A stretch of 61,876 nt of DNA, the filler included. It is 4 parts of 4 records of this genome, joined end to end, with 100 filler letters (N's around TTAATTAATTAA, not from the genome) between each part and the next. Parts side by side here need not be neighbours in the genome. Positions count along the whole stretch, not along the records: positions 35,036 to 42,999 come from SRR20825019_3101; positions 43,100 to 61,876 come from SRR20825019_3103; 2 more parts are not named here. The stretch is one strand, 5' to 3'. Both the position numbers and the translations under genes were made by a program. The notes below the pieces were generated by a model. The model made no database searches and had not been told where the DNA came from. It saw only the letters and a program-made list of their open reading frames with translations. This document shows, in pieces, positions 37,203 through 46,785 of the stretch. How positions within the stretch are numbered: the stretch's first letter is position 1; each line of letters opens with the position of its first letter.

Positions 37203-37210
37203 TATATTTG
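37203..37210 (+). promoter_or_regulatory. Bacteroidota -7 promoter element
   Basis: TATATTTG matches TAnnTTTG, 22 nt upstream of ATG 37233. Confidence 0.5.
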
Positions 37211-37232
37211 TTTTTTAAGAATACTTTAAGGA

Positions 37233-38969
37233 ATGAAACCACTACTTCTATTACTCTCCATACTCGTTACTACACTAAGTTATGCACAGGTATCATCAGC
37301 TTCTATATCAGTCACTCCAGGGGGTGGTATTAGTGACGGCTTGTATACTTCTGCAGTTCGGGTGAAGGTAGCCATTATGCAAAACCATCGTCCGTGTACT
37401 GGAAAAGTTAGTGCTATTACTAGCTATACGTATTCTGCTCACGCGTATCAATATAAGGGTGTTAAGTATTATTTCAAGAATGGGAATTTAGTTGATTCAA
37501 AAAACGAGCTTGTTGTAAATGGTGTAGGAGACTATAAAGATGGTGCCAAGTTTTCTATAGAGGTATTTATGAATACAGGAGTTGTTTTTGAAGTAACGGG
37601 TTATGCTAATGGTGGTTTACAACACCATATTATACAAGAGGATCTGCCAGAATTTGATGCGGATGGAAATAAGGCAAAATGTGTAGACCGTAATTCATTT
37701 ACGATGAGTGCTGCCAAAGCTGTGCAACCAATTCGATTAACGGATCGCGCTTTAGAGAGCAGAATTGATACCTACCTCAACAAGCAGGGACAAACTAGCA
37801 ACGAGAAACTAGGGATTGCTGTAAATACGGATGCTGGTAGCGATTGGAATGACTCAAGAAACCAATCCAATACAAGCCCGCAACAACCTGATTATACAAA
37901 AGCTTACGACGGACAAAAGTATGTACCTAAGTATGTAGTTAATGGCCAGACTGCGGAAAGCAATACCAATGCTCGGGCAGAACAAGTACGGCTACAACAA
38001 TCATTTGAGGCAAGGCAACAGCAGCAACTTGCATTTGAACAAAGCTTAGCTACACAAAATCAGCAGGCATTAGCAAAGTATGAGCAGGCATTTCAAGGAG
38101 ATCAGTTGTCTATTGGGCTTGCACAGAGCGCACAAGTACTTGGGTCTGCAATTGCGGGGTTTAATGATTATAATGCCATGGGTACAGCTGCGGCAAACCT
38201 ACTTGGTGGGCTTATAGCCGACGGTGAGCGTCGCCGTGAAGAACGTGCGCAGGAAGAAGCCCTTTGGCGGGAGCAAGAACGCATACGTGAAGAAAAGAGA
38301 GCCTATATTGCGACACTTGTTACCGCAAGAGAAGCAGCTTTAAGCGAACTACCAGCACCTAACTACCCAAATGCAACAACATCTAGCAGTTTAAAGACCG
38401 CTTATTTTTATAGCCTTTATTACAATACCGATAGTTTGCAGGTAGGTAGCCCTTCGATGCAAGTGACTGAGGTTTTTGCGATAAACCAATACTCGGATGC
38501 TACGTGGCCATTTATAACAAAGACACAAGAAAAGCTAGCTGAGTTTGCAACTAACGCGCCAACGCTTATTGGATACTTTGAGAGTTATGATGCTGCATAT
38601 AACTCTATGACCACCTTAACAACTTCACTAGCAGCAAATGCGGTTCAAATAACGTTTTTACCAGTTGCGGAGGAGTTTGACACCCCTGCTGCACTATCTG
38701 GTGGCACATCGGGGGCAACACCTCAACAAGATTTTTGGGGAAATACAGTTGCGAAGCCAAAAGCTTCAAAAGAACCAGAGACCCATTCAAAAAAGGAAGC
38801 GAGTAGCCAGTCCAATGATTTTTGGGGCGAGACTGTTCCTATAAAAAGCCAACAAGTGCCAAGCGAAACCAAACCTACGAAAGCAACTACCCCCGTACAG
38901 GATGCAACTACTTCAGATGATGATTTCTGGGGCACTTCCGTAGAGATAAAAGAGGACAAAACTGAGTAG
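37233..38969 (+). CDS. secreted hypothetical protein: coiled coils, Gly/Ala-rich hydrophobic segment, 3 DFWG motifs
   Basis: Signal peptide (..TLSYA-Q), Q-rich and E/R-rich helices, DFWG at 38730, 38817 and 38922. Confidence 0.85.
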   Translation: MKPLLLLLSILVTTLSYAQVSSASISVTPGGGISDGLYTSAVRVKVAIMQNHRPCTGKVSAITSYTYSAHAYQYKGVKYYFKNGNLVDSKNELVVNGVGDYKDGAKFSIEVFMNTGVVFEVTGYANGGLQHHIIQEDLPEFDADGNKAKCVDRNSFTMSAAKAVQPIRLTDRALESRIDTYLNKQGQTSNEKLGIAVNTDAGSDWNDSRNQSNTSPQQPDYTKAYDGQKYVPKYVVNGQTAESNTNARAEQVRLQQSFEARQQQQLAFEQSLATQNQQALAKYEQAFQGDQLSIGLAQSAQVLGSAIAGFNDYNAMGTAAANLLGGLIADGERRREERAQEEALWREQERIREEKRAYIATLVTAREAALSELPAPNYPNATTSSSLKTAYFYSLYYNTDSLQVGSPSMQVTEVFAINQYSDATWPFITKTQEKLAEFATNAPTLIGYFESYDAAYNSMTTLTTSLAANAVQITFLPVAEEFDTPAALSGGTSGATPQQDFWGNTVAKPKASKEPETHSKKEASSQSNDFWGETVPIKSQQVPSETKPTKATTPVQDATTSDDDFWGTSVEIKEDKTE

Positions 38970-39008
38970 CAAACCTCAACTAATTCTATTATTATTAAAA
39001 ATCATTTT

Positions 39009-40247
39009 ATGTTCCCCAAAGTTATTTTATTTCTATTCGTAAGTATTATTTCCCAAACACCAATTATTTCACAGAATGCATTAGCAAAGATTGAGTATGC
39101 CGAAGCTGAAACTGCTTTTCAGGAAGATAGGTATGCAGCTAGTTTAGAACATCTAGCCCTTGTAAAGGAAATGCTAGGCAGTACCAATGCCAAGGTGATG
39201 TATTTAGAGATATTGGGGCGGAATAAACTACTTGCGGAGCTAGCATTAGCTAGTTTGAAAGAAAAAATGCTAACTGTGGGTGATTTACCCGACACCCATA
39301 AAAACCGAAGCGACTATTTGATGCTTAAAAAACAAGTAGATGCCTTTGAAGACAAGGACCAAGCAGGGATTATACCGAGTATGGAGTATTTAATCAACCT
39401 ACAGGAATTGGTTGGCTTAACGGAGGTGTATATTGCTAGCTTTGAGACTACGGTTCCTTTAGAGAAGCTAAAGGCTGTTTATACTATTAGTAAGGAAAAG
39501 AAAGAACTTGCTATTGGTATAGACGCTGTAATGAAGGTAAAAGAGTTGATGAAACAAGATGCCAAAGAAGCGGCACTTACTATCGCAGAAAGTGTATGCG
39601 AAAGCGGAGGTACGTTGGGGTGTACCCTTTTAGCGCACCTTGATGCAGCGGTTACACAGAAGAAAAACTTAAAAGCGCTCGTGCAAAGTATTAAAGATGA
39701 GATGATATTAGTAGCAGGTCCTACCCCATTTTATATTGCGCCTTATGAATTATCTATAGAACAGTGGCATGCAGGTTTTGGGAAAGACTATAAAAACTTT
39801 TATAGCTCTGGTGGCGGCACTGCGCCTATAAAAAACGTTTCAGTTATTAATATTGCGGAGTTTATTAACGCATTAAACACACTTACAGGTTTGACATACC
39901 GATTACCTACTGAAACAGAATGGGATTATGCTGCAAGTGGCGGGGCTGCGAGTAAGGGATATAAGTATGCGGGGAGCGATGCCATTGATGAGGTAGCGCA
40001 TTACAAGAAAAATACAAGTAGTTACGGGTATCGCGGTACTTTAAAACCAAATGAACTAGGCTTATACGATATGTCTGGTAATGTTGCTGAGTTATGTAGT
40101 ACGGAGGGCAACAATACTGTACTTAAAGGAGGGAGTATTTTTTCCTCTAGGTCTGAATGTGAGCTTTCAAGAGAAGGTGAGCAACTTAAAAATGAAATAA
40201 ATCCTCAAGGTATGGGCGTTCGTCTTGTACTTGACGCTTCCTTATAA
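39009..40247 (+). CDS. secreted helical-domain + FGE-sulfatase/SUMF1-like domain protein (paralog 1)
   Basis: LAKIEY..STNAKVMYLEIL; YRLPTETEWDYAASGG, PNELGLYDMSGNV, KGGS, G.RLV. Confidence 0.85.
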   Translation: MFPKVILFLFVSIISQTPIISQNALAKIEYAEAETAFQEDRYAASLEHLALVKEMLGSTNAKVMYLEILGRNKLLAELALASLKEKMLTVGDLPDTHKNRSDYLMLKKQVDAFEDKDQAGIIPSMEYLINLQELVGLTEVYIASFETTVPLEKLKAVYTISKEKKELAIGIDAVMKVKELMKQDAKEAALTIAESVCESGGTLGCTLLAHLDAAVTQKKNLKALVQSIKDEMILVAGPTPFYIAPYELSIEQWHAGFGKDYKNFYSSGGGTAPIKNVSVINIAEFINALNTLTGLTYRLPTETEWDYAASGGAASKGYKYAGSDAIDEVAHYKKNTSSYGYRGTLKPNELGLYDMSGNVAELCSTEGNNTVLKGGSIFSSRSECELSREGEQLKNEINPQGMGVRLVLDASL

Positions 40248-40259
40248 AGATGTATTATT

Positions 40260-41009
40260 ATGAAAAGAATTATTATTTGCTTGGTGGTTATGATTGGCTT
40301 TGTAGGTATATGCGGGGCTCAAAATGAATTAGCAAAAATTGAATATGGAGAAGCGGAGACCGCTTTTCAGGAGCAGAAATACAAGAAAACGCTAGCGCAT
40401 CTTGAAACTGTGAAAACGCTTTTAGGAAGTACGAATGCAAAAGTTATGTATTTGGAAATTTTAAGCAGGCATCAGGTGTATCTATTCGACAAGGAGTTTA
40501 ATGCAAGCGCAGATTTTACTGAGACCTACGGTTTAGATCCAAAGACTTATTTAAAAAATACACTTGTTAACCTAAACTCATTAGTTGCAGACTACGATAC
40601 ATATAAGCATATCAAGAATATTGGGTTAGAGTCCAAAGAAAGTTATGAGAAAAAGATAGTGGAGGTAGAACAACGACTAAAAGATATAGACGCTAACGGC
40701 TATAAGGATGTAACAAAAGAGATTACACTTTTTGAAGCCAGCAAACTTATTGAAAATCTCTCTGACACTTATATTGCAAGCTTTGAAGAAAGTGTGCCTT
40801 TAGCAAAGTTGAAAGAAGTTTATATGATTAATAAGGAGCATAAAGCATTTAATGTAGGGATGGACGACTTTACGCTTGGGGGAAAACTATATGAAGCAAA
40901 AAAATATAAAGAAGCGCGACCTTATTATCAGAAAGCATGTGACGCTGGCAACACAATGGCATGCACTGCCTTAAAAAATCTAATAACTACTATAGAAAAT
41001 GGAGGCTAA
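40260..41009 (+). CDS. secreted helical-domain protein with Sel1-like repeat (paralog 2, no FGE domain)
   Basis: Same N-terminal motif; ends YYQKACDAGNTMAC. Confidence 0.85.
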   Translation: MKRIIICLVVMIGFVGICGAQNELAKIEYGEAETAFQEQKYKKTLAHLETVKTLLGSTNAKVMYLEILSRHQVYLFDKEFNASADFTETYGLDPKTYLKNTLVNLNSLVADYDTYKHIKNIGLESKESYEKKIVEVEQRLKDIDANGYKDVTKEITLFEASKLIENLSDTYIASFEESVPLAKLKEVYMINKEHKAFNVGMDDFTLGGKLYEAKKYKEARPYYQKACDAGNTMACTALKNLITTIENGG

Positions 41010-41159
41010 AGCACTTTTGTGCTAAGCCTTATCTACGTTAGGGTTCTTTGTGCCTATAAAGGAGCTATACAAAACCTAGGGATGATACCAACTAGCGTGC
41101 TTGAGGGAATTTAAAAACTAAACATACTAAAGCTACTACCTGATAAAATTAAAACTACC

Positions 41160-42533
41160 ATGAAATATACACTTACATTCCTTTTACTTATTGTTTTTAG
41201 TTTTGGTATGGAAGCTCAAAGCGGGCTTGCTAAAATAGAATACGCAGAGGCGGAAACGGATTTTCAAGCCGGGAATTATGCTGAGAGTTTAGCACATCTA
41301 GAAACCGTAAAGGAGTTATTGGGTAGCACGAATGCTAAGGTGATGTATTTAGAAATTTTGAACCGTAATGCTTTCACCTATAGGGAAGGCGAAAGACTGT
41401 TAAACCGTCTTACGTTTATACAGAAGAAAGTTAAAGATTCGGAAACGGGTTATCCTTCAAAGGCGCAGCTTGCCGAACTTGAGGAGCTTAAAAAACAAAC
41501 GGAGGCACATCTTGGCAGTGGTAAAAAATCATATCCTCTGAATGTGGAATACCTTGATAACTTAAAGGTATTGAATTTACTTACGGATACCTACTTAAAG
41601 ACCTTTGAGACTAAAGTTCCTTTAGATAAACTAACGGAAGTTTATAGTATTCATAAGAAAATAAAGGATAGTGCAATTAATATTGATGGTTTTATAACAG
41701 CCTACACCCTACTGGAAGTGGGTAAGACAGGAGAAGCGCTTCCTATTTTAAAACCAATTTGCAGTTTCGGAAATCCGCTAGCCTGTGAGCGCTATGAGGA
41801 GTTGAATTTCATTTTTGAGAAAAGCAAAAAACATGCTGCGGTTTTGAAAAAGCTACACAGTGAGATGGTATTTGTAAAAGGAGGAAGTTTTAGCATGGGA
41901 GGAGAAGTGCCCCGCACCAAGAAGGATTTGCAACCCCTACCTATACATACGGTAACTGTGGATGATTTTTATATTGGCATGTATGAGGTTACTAAAACAC
42001 AGTGGTTTGCTATAACAAAAAACATGACGACCGATAGTAGCAGTGATTTTGCACAGCGATCCGTATCTCGGGACTGGGCATTGGAGTTTATTGAAGAGCT
42101 TAACACCCTTACGGGTTTAAAATACAGATTACCAACAGAGGCAGAATGGGAATATGCCGCTAGAGGCGGAAATATGAGTAATGGTTATGACTATGCAGGG
42201 AGCAATACTATTGATGAGGTTGCGAATTATAAGAAGAATGCGGTGCCTGAAACTACTAAGGGAAGCTTAAAGCCAAATGAATTGGGCTTGTATGATCTAT
42301 CTGGAGGGCTATGGGAATGGTGTAGTGATGTTTATGATGCGGGTTATTATGCGAATAGTGAAACTACTAACCCACAGGGACCTGAAGCTTCCGGTTATGG
42401 TACTCATTATGTGCTACGCGGAGGTTCTAGTAGCAGTTCGGATTATGAATGCTTGGTTTATAATAGATATCATGCACAGTCTACTGTTCCTGCTCCTGTG
42501 TATGGTTTCCGTTTGGCGCTTGATGTTGATTAA
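41160..42533 (+). CDS. secreted helical-domain + FGE-sulfatase/SUMF1-like domain protein (paralog 3)
   Basis: Same N-terminal motif; MVFVKGGSFSMG, YEVT, RLPTEAEWEYAARGG, PNELGLYDLSG..WEW, RGGS, YGFRL. Confidence 0.88.
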   Translation: MKYTLTFLLLIVFSFGMEAQSGLAKIEYAEAETDFQAGNYAESLAHLETVKELLGSTNAKVMYLEILNRNAFTYREGERLLNRLTFIQKKVKDSETGYPSKAQLAELEELKKQTEAHLGSGKKSYPLNVEYLDNLKVLNLLTDTYLKTFETKVPLDKLTEVYSIHKKIKDSAINIDGFITAYTLLEVGKTGEALPILKPICSFGNPLACERYEELNFIFEKSKKHAAVLKKLHSEMVFVKGGSFSMGGEVPRTKKDLQPLPIHTVTVDDFYIGMYEVTKTQWFAITKNMTTDSSSDFAQRSVSRDWALEFIEELNTLTGLKYRLPTEAEWEYAARGGNMSNGYDYAGSNTIDEVANYKKNAVPETTKGSLKPNELGLYDLSGGLWEWCSDVYDAGYYANSETTNPQGPEASGYGTHYVLRGGSSSSSDYECLVYNRYHAQSTVPAPVYGFRLALDVD

Positions 42534-42623
42534 GCTACGGAGTACCACAGTTGTGGTTTGACATAGCGAAAAGGCGCATCTCCCCTACACTATTGTACTA
42601 TCTAAAATACACCTATTGGTATT

Positions 42624-42815
42624 ATGTTACTCTTTGCTACTATTCTGATTTTGTTTAGTGTTTACCTTTTTTTATCGATACGATTTGATTGGGAGCATGC
42701 TAAGAAGTCCTATCAGAAAGGGATTCCTTATTCTAGGGTTGATAGGTACTTGGGGTATGCTATTGCTGGCATTTGTTTTGTTTTAGCACTTTATATTTTC
42801 GTAAAGGCATTGTAG
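42624..42815 (+). CDS. small two-TM membrane protein
   Basis: 63 aa, two hydrophobic helices around a basic loop. Confidence 0.6.
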   Translation: MLLFATILILFSVYLFLSIRFDWEHAKKSYQKGIPYSRVDRYLGYAIAGICFVLALYIFVKAL

Positions 42816-42999
42816 TTTTTTAGTGCCGGACTGTGGTGGCAGGTTGTTGGCAATGGATTTACTAACTGCTTTAATACTATGCGTTCTTGTGGGTAGGGTT
42901 ATTTAAAGTGTAGGGAGCTGATTTACATTAGCGCTTGCGCGTATTGACTTTGTTCGTGGTAGAAGTCTTTTTGTGATTGCTTGTATTCTCTTTGGTATC

Positions 43000-43099
43000 N
43001 NNNNNNNNNNNNNNNNNNNNNNNNNNNNNNNNNNNNNNNNNNNTTAATTAATTAANNNNNNNNNNNNNNNNNNNNNNNNNNNNNNNNNNNNNNNNNNNN
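43000..43099. other. artificial contig linker
   Basis: N44-TTAATTAATTAA-N44. Confidence 0.98.
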
Positions 43100-43806
43100 G
43101 CCATATGATCTCCTCCTATTTTATCTGGAAGAATTACATTATCTGCACCTGCAAGTTTTAGTTTTCTAAAAGACGTATCTACACTTGCTCTACTAATTAT
43201 TTTAAGGTTTTTATTTAATTGCCTTGCAGAAAGCACTGTAAATAAATTATCTGCATCTTCAGGCATTGCACATATTAATGCTGAAGCTTGGTCTATACCT
43301 GCACGGATAAGAGTTTCATCTTCGTTGGCATTTCCTATACAAAACATGGTATCATCATCTTCATGTTTAGAAACCAAATCTTCATCCATCTCTACAATTA
43401 CAAACTCTTTCTTGTAACTCTTTAGTTTTTCTACAGCTTCTCTACCATTTCTTCCAAAACCACAAACAATAACGTGATCTTTTAATTTCTGAATCTTTTT
43501 TTCCAAAGTTTTGTGTTTAAATTCCTCGTAGCTTCGTCTTGTAAACATGTATTCTGTAAATACAGATATTACGTAACCTAAAATAACAACGCTAAATAAA
43601 ATTAAGAAAATTGTGAATACCTTATCGGCATTTGTAAGCGGATTTACTTCTCCAAAACCAACTGTGGTAATGGTAATAACCGTCATATAAAGTGCATCTA
43701 TCCAATCATAATTAGATATGAAACGGTATCCTAAAATGCCGAATCCTAAACTAACTGAAAGTAGTAGGAATGCTACGTAAATTCTAGATTTAAATATTTT
43801 AATCAT
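43100..43806 (-). CDS. potassium channel protein with TrkA-N/RCK domain (3' truncated)
   Basis: Selectivity filter TITTVGFGE; HVIVCGFGRNG. Confidence 0.92.
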
Positions 43807-44033
43807 AAATCGAACACAGAAGTTCGTTTAGTATATACTAAGTCTTTAAGCTTTAACCAGAATGCAAGCGTTAAATAAATTGCAAAGCCAACTCCTAAAG
43901 TTGCAAAAGATACGTAAATAAAGAATAGGCGAACACTTTTAGCCCGCATACCTAATCTGTCTGCTAATCTTGAAGACACATAAAACCCATGTCTCTCAAA
44001 AAAGTGCCTTATTTTATATACCACAGTTAACAT
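43803..44033 (-). CDS. PspC-domain small membrane protein
   Basis: RLADRLG..VRLFFIY...IYL.LAF pattern. Confidence 0.7.
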   Translation of the reverse strand: MLTVVYKIRHFFERHGFYVSSRLADRLGMRAKSVRLFFIYVSFATLGVGFAIYLTLAFWLKLKDLVYTKRTSVFDL

Positions 44034-44066
44034 ATTCCAAAGATAAGATATGTAATAGACACCAAG

Positions 44067-44102
44067 AAAAAACCACCTTAAATTAACTTCAAGGTGGTTT
44101 TT
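44067..44102 (-). terminator. intrinsic terminator after the subtilase gene
   Basis: AAAAAACCACCTT-loop-AAGGTGGTTTTT. Confidence 0.8.
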
Positions 44103-44124
44103 GTTATAAAAAAATCAAATTCAA

Positions 44125-45351
44125 TTAGTGAACTGCAATTGGATCTGGATTAAAATCTGGATCTAAAAACACATTTCCGTCTGTTCTCAAATCTCCTAAT
44201 AATAATAACCCACAAACATGAGGTGCCGCCATAGATGTACCACTTAACGTAGCATAACCACCTTGCATAGATGTAGAATATACACTTACACCTGGCGCAC
44301 AATAATCTACAACACTTCCAAAGTTTGAAAAGTAAGCAAATTGATCATTGCTATCCATTGCAGAAACTGTATATACATTTTCTCCAGAAGCTCTTGCTGG
44401 AGAGTAAAGGTTTGCTATACTTGTAGAGTTACCTGCTGCAATTGCAACACCAATACCTTTTGCACCTACTCTTGTGGTAGCATTATCTAAAGCACTGTTT
44501 ATTCCTAAAATTGGAACTGCTGGCCCTAAGCTCATATTAGCAGCATCACCAGGTTCTCCTACAGCAGCAACATAATCTAGCGCCGCTATAATACCAGATG
44601 TAGCTCCACTACCATCTGCTCCTAACACTTTTAATGCCACTACTTTTGCATTTGGTGCAACTCCAATAACTCCTATTCCATTATCAATTGCTGCAACAGT
44701 TCCTGCAACATGACTACCGTGACCATTTTGATCATCTGGTGAAGGTTCTCCTGGAACAAAAGATCTACTTCTATCTACATCTACATTTAAATCTGGGTGA
44801 TCTAAATCTATTCCGCTATCTATAATCCAAGCTGTTTTACCTGTACCATCTACACCACCATTTACTCTAGTAATTCCGTAAGGTGTATTTTGAGCTACAA
44901 ATGTCATAGCTGTAGTTTCTTCTTTTGCAACACTTAATTTCACCATTACATCTGGCTCTACACTTGCTACTCTGCTGTCTGACTGTAATGATTTTAATTG
45001 CTCAGGAGACAATGTTGCTGTAAATCCTGTCATTGCAAAACCATATACTTGTTTTACAGATGTAGACTTCATGTGCGGAGCTGCAATCATTTCATTTACA
45101 AATGCATTTACATTTGCTAATCTACCTTTATAAGAATCATCATTCTTAATAGATTTTGAAGCAGCTTCATTTAAGGTTACAATATATTGCCCAGATATTG
45201 CTTGGGATTGTGATTCCTGAAGTACACTAGAATCATTTTTTAAATTTTGTGTTTCTGTAATTTGTTCTTCTGCCTCACAAGACAAAAATAAAGATGATAC
45301 AGCCATACCTGCAATGGCTATAAAAGTTGTGTTTGGTTTAAAAATTTTCAT
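44125..45351 (-). CDS. S8 subtilisin-like lipoprotein protease with I9 propeptide
   Basis: Lipobox FLSC; IIDSG, NGHGSHVAG, SGTSMAAPHV. Confidence 0.95.
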   Translation of the reverse strand: MKIFKPNTTFIAIAGMAVSSLFLSCEAEEQITETQNLKNDSSVLQESQSQAISGQYIVTLNEAASKSIKNDDSYKGRLANVNAFVNEMIAAPHMKSTSVKQVYGFAMTGFTATLSPEQLKSLQSDSRVASVEPDVMVKLSVAKEETTAMTFVAQNTPYGITRVNGGVDGTGKTAWIIDSGIDLDHPDLNVDVDRSRSFVPGEPSPDDQNGHGSHVAGTVAAIDNGIGVIGVAPNAKVVALKVLGADGSGATSGIIAALDYVAAVGEPGDAANMSLGPAVPILGINSALDNATTRVGAKGIGVAIAAGNSTSIANLYSPARASGENVYTVSAMDSNDQFAYFSNFGSVVDYCAPGVSVYSTSMQGGYATLSGTSMAAPHVCGLLLLGDLRTDGNVFLDPDFNPDPIAVH

Positions 45352-45489
45352 ATTAAAAGGGTTTTGGTTTGTACAGGCTAAAACTATGCATACATATTAA
45401 AATGAAAACTTAAAAAATTATTAATATTTGTTAATTATAGTTAAATATTAGTAATTATTCATATTTATTCTTAAAAATCATATTTATTC

Positions 45490-46764
45490 TTATTTTTTGA
45501 TAATTTTCAACCCTATTTCACAATTTAGACATTTTAGCTTATCACAATAATTTCTCTTCATATGTATTAAGCCTTGTGAATAAAGAGCATTAGCGTTTAG
45601 TGACGGATAAATAGCTGTATAACCTTTAGTAATATTATTTAATTCTAGAGGTAATAACCTCATCCAATTGATAATAGTTGTGTTTTCTAGACCATTTTTC
45701 TTGTTGTAGAAAAACGTTAAAGGTATGATGGTGTTAATAATCAACAACCTCACAAAAGCTTTACTAAGTTGTTTCTTTTTTTGTTTATGAGACGATGTGA
45801 ATGAATAATGGGTTTGCCAAAATTCACTCACCTCAATCTTAAATACAGTTTCTATTTCCTGAAGAGTTGTACACTTAATAATTTTTGAAAATAAATTACT
45901 GTTCGACGCATAAAGCTCTACAAATTGAGCAAGTCTAATTGTTGGAAAATTGTCAGGACGCAACCTAAAAAACTTTGGTGTTTCTGTACTATGATTTTCG
46001 AGCTTAAACTTCTTGACTAAATAATTGTATTCCTTTAAAAGTGAGTTTGCATAAAACACCTCTTCATTGGCTTGCAACAAATTACATTGGCCGAAAACCA
46101 AAGCTTCTAATTGAAACCTATTATGACGAGTTTTTAAAACGACGTTAAAGGGTAAGCTTTGTAATGCATTAAAAAAAAATGAACCATTTACATTTAAACC
46201 AAAGTTTTTGGCCAACATTAAAAACAATACTTCTTCCCAATTAGATTGTGTCTGTTCGACCAAACGTTCAATTTCATTAGATTTTTCTTCCAAACGCTCT
46301 AAATACATGCGCTCTAACCAATGGGATAAAGTAAACTCCTCAATTAACGGAAACTCATCTTCACAAGCAATCCATTTGGTTTTGTTAGATAATAACTTCT
46401 GAGCTTTCCTTAATAAAGATTCTGAAACAATTTCTTTTAATGTTAATGTGGGTATAGGCTGTCCATCATTTCTGTAAATCTCAACATCATGTTCCCAAAC
46501 AACATGAAGTATCACATTATCATAAGCAGGATCTTTCTCATGACGGTGCGCATACCAGTCTGATGATTTTAAATGCAACTCTACATTACCTGCCCAAAGT
46601 TGATCATCAATCTTTAATTTTGCATTAAAAAAATCTGGGCCGGACTGCGTGGTATTATGAATACCCACAGAACTTATAATAAGTTGCTGGCCTTGTTGTG
46701 TAGTTGCATTAAGGAAATCGAACTTTTTAAAGTTCCAGATATGATGTAGAAGTGTTTCTTGCAC
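45490..46764 (-). CDS. DUF2851 family protein
   Basis: GPDFFNA, WAGNVELH..SSDW..H.H..D..YDNVILHVVW, RLRPDNFPTIRLAQ, terminal C..C..C. Confidence 0.85.
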   Translation of the reverse strand: MQETLLHHIWNFKKFDFLNATTQQGQQLIISSVGIHNTTQSGPDFFNAKLKIDDQLWAGNVELHLKSSDWYAHRHEKDPAYDNVILHVVWEHDVEIYRNDGQPIPTLTLKEIVSESLLRKAQKLLSNKTKWIACEDEFPLIEEFTLSHWLERMYLERLEEKSNEIERLVEQTQSNWEEVLFLMLAKNFGLNVNGSFFFNALQSLPFNVVLKTRHNRFQLEALVFGQCNLLQANEEVFYANSLLKEYNYLVKKFKLENHSTETPKFFRLRPDNFPTIRLAQFVELYASNSNLFSKIIKCTTLQEIETVFKIEVSEFWQTHYSFTSSHKQKKKQLSKAFVRLLIINTIIPLTFFYNKKNGLENTTIINWMRLLPLELNNITKGYTAIYPSLNANALYSQGLIHMKRNYCDKLKCLNCEIGLKIIKK

Positions 46765-46785
46765 ATTTAAAGTTACAAAAATCTC

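Noticed and set aside
39009-42999. Diversity-generating retroelement targeting the FGE-like genes
   Set aside because: No reverse transcriptase and no template repeat visible in the intergenic gaps; a remote DGR is not excluded.
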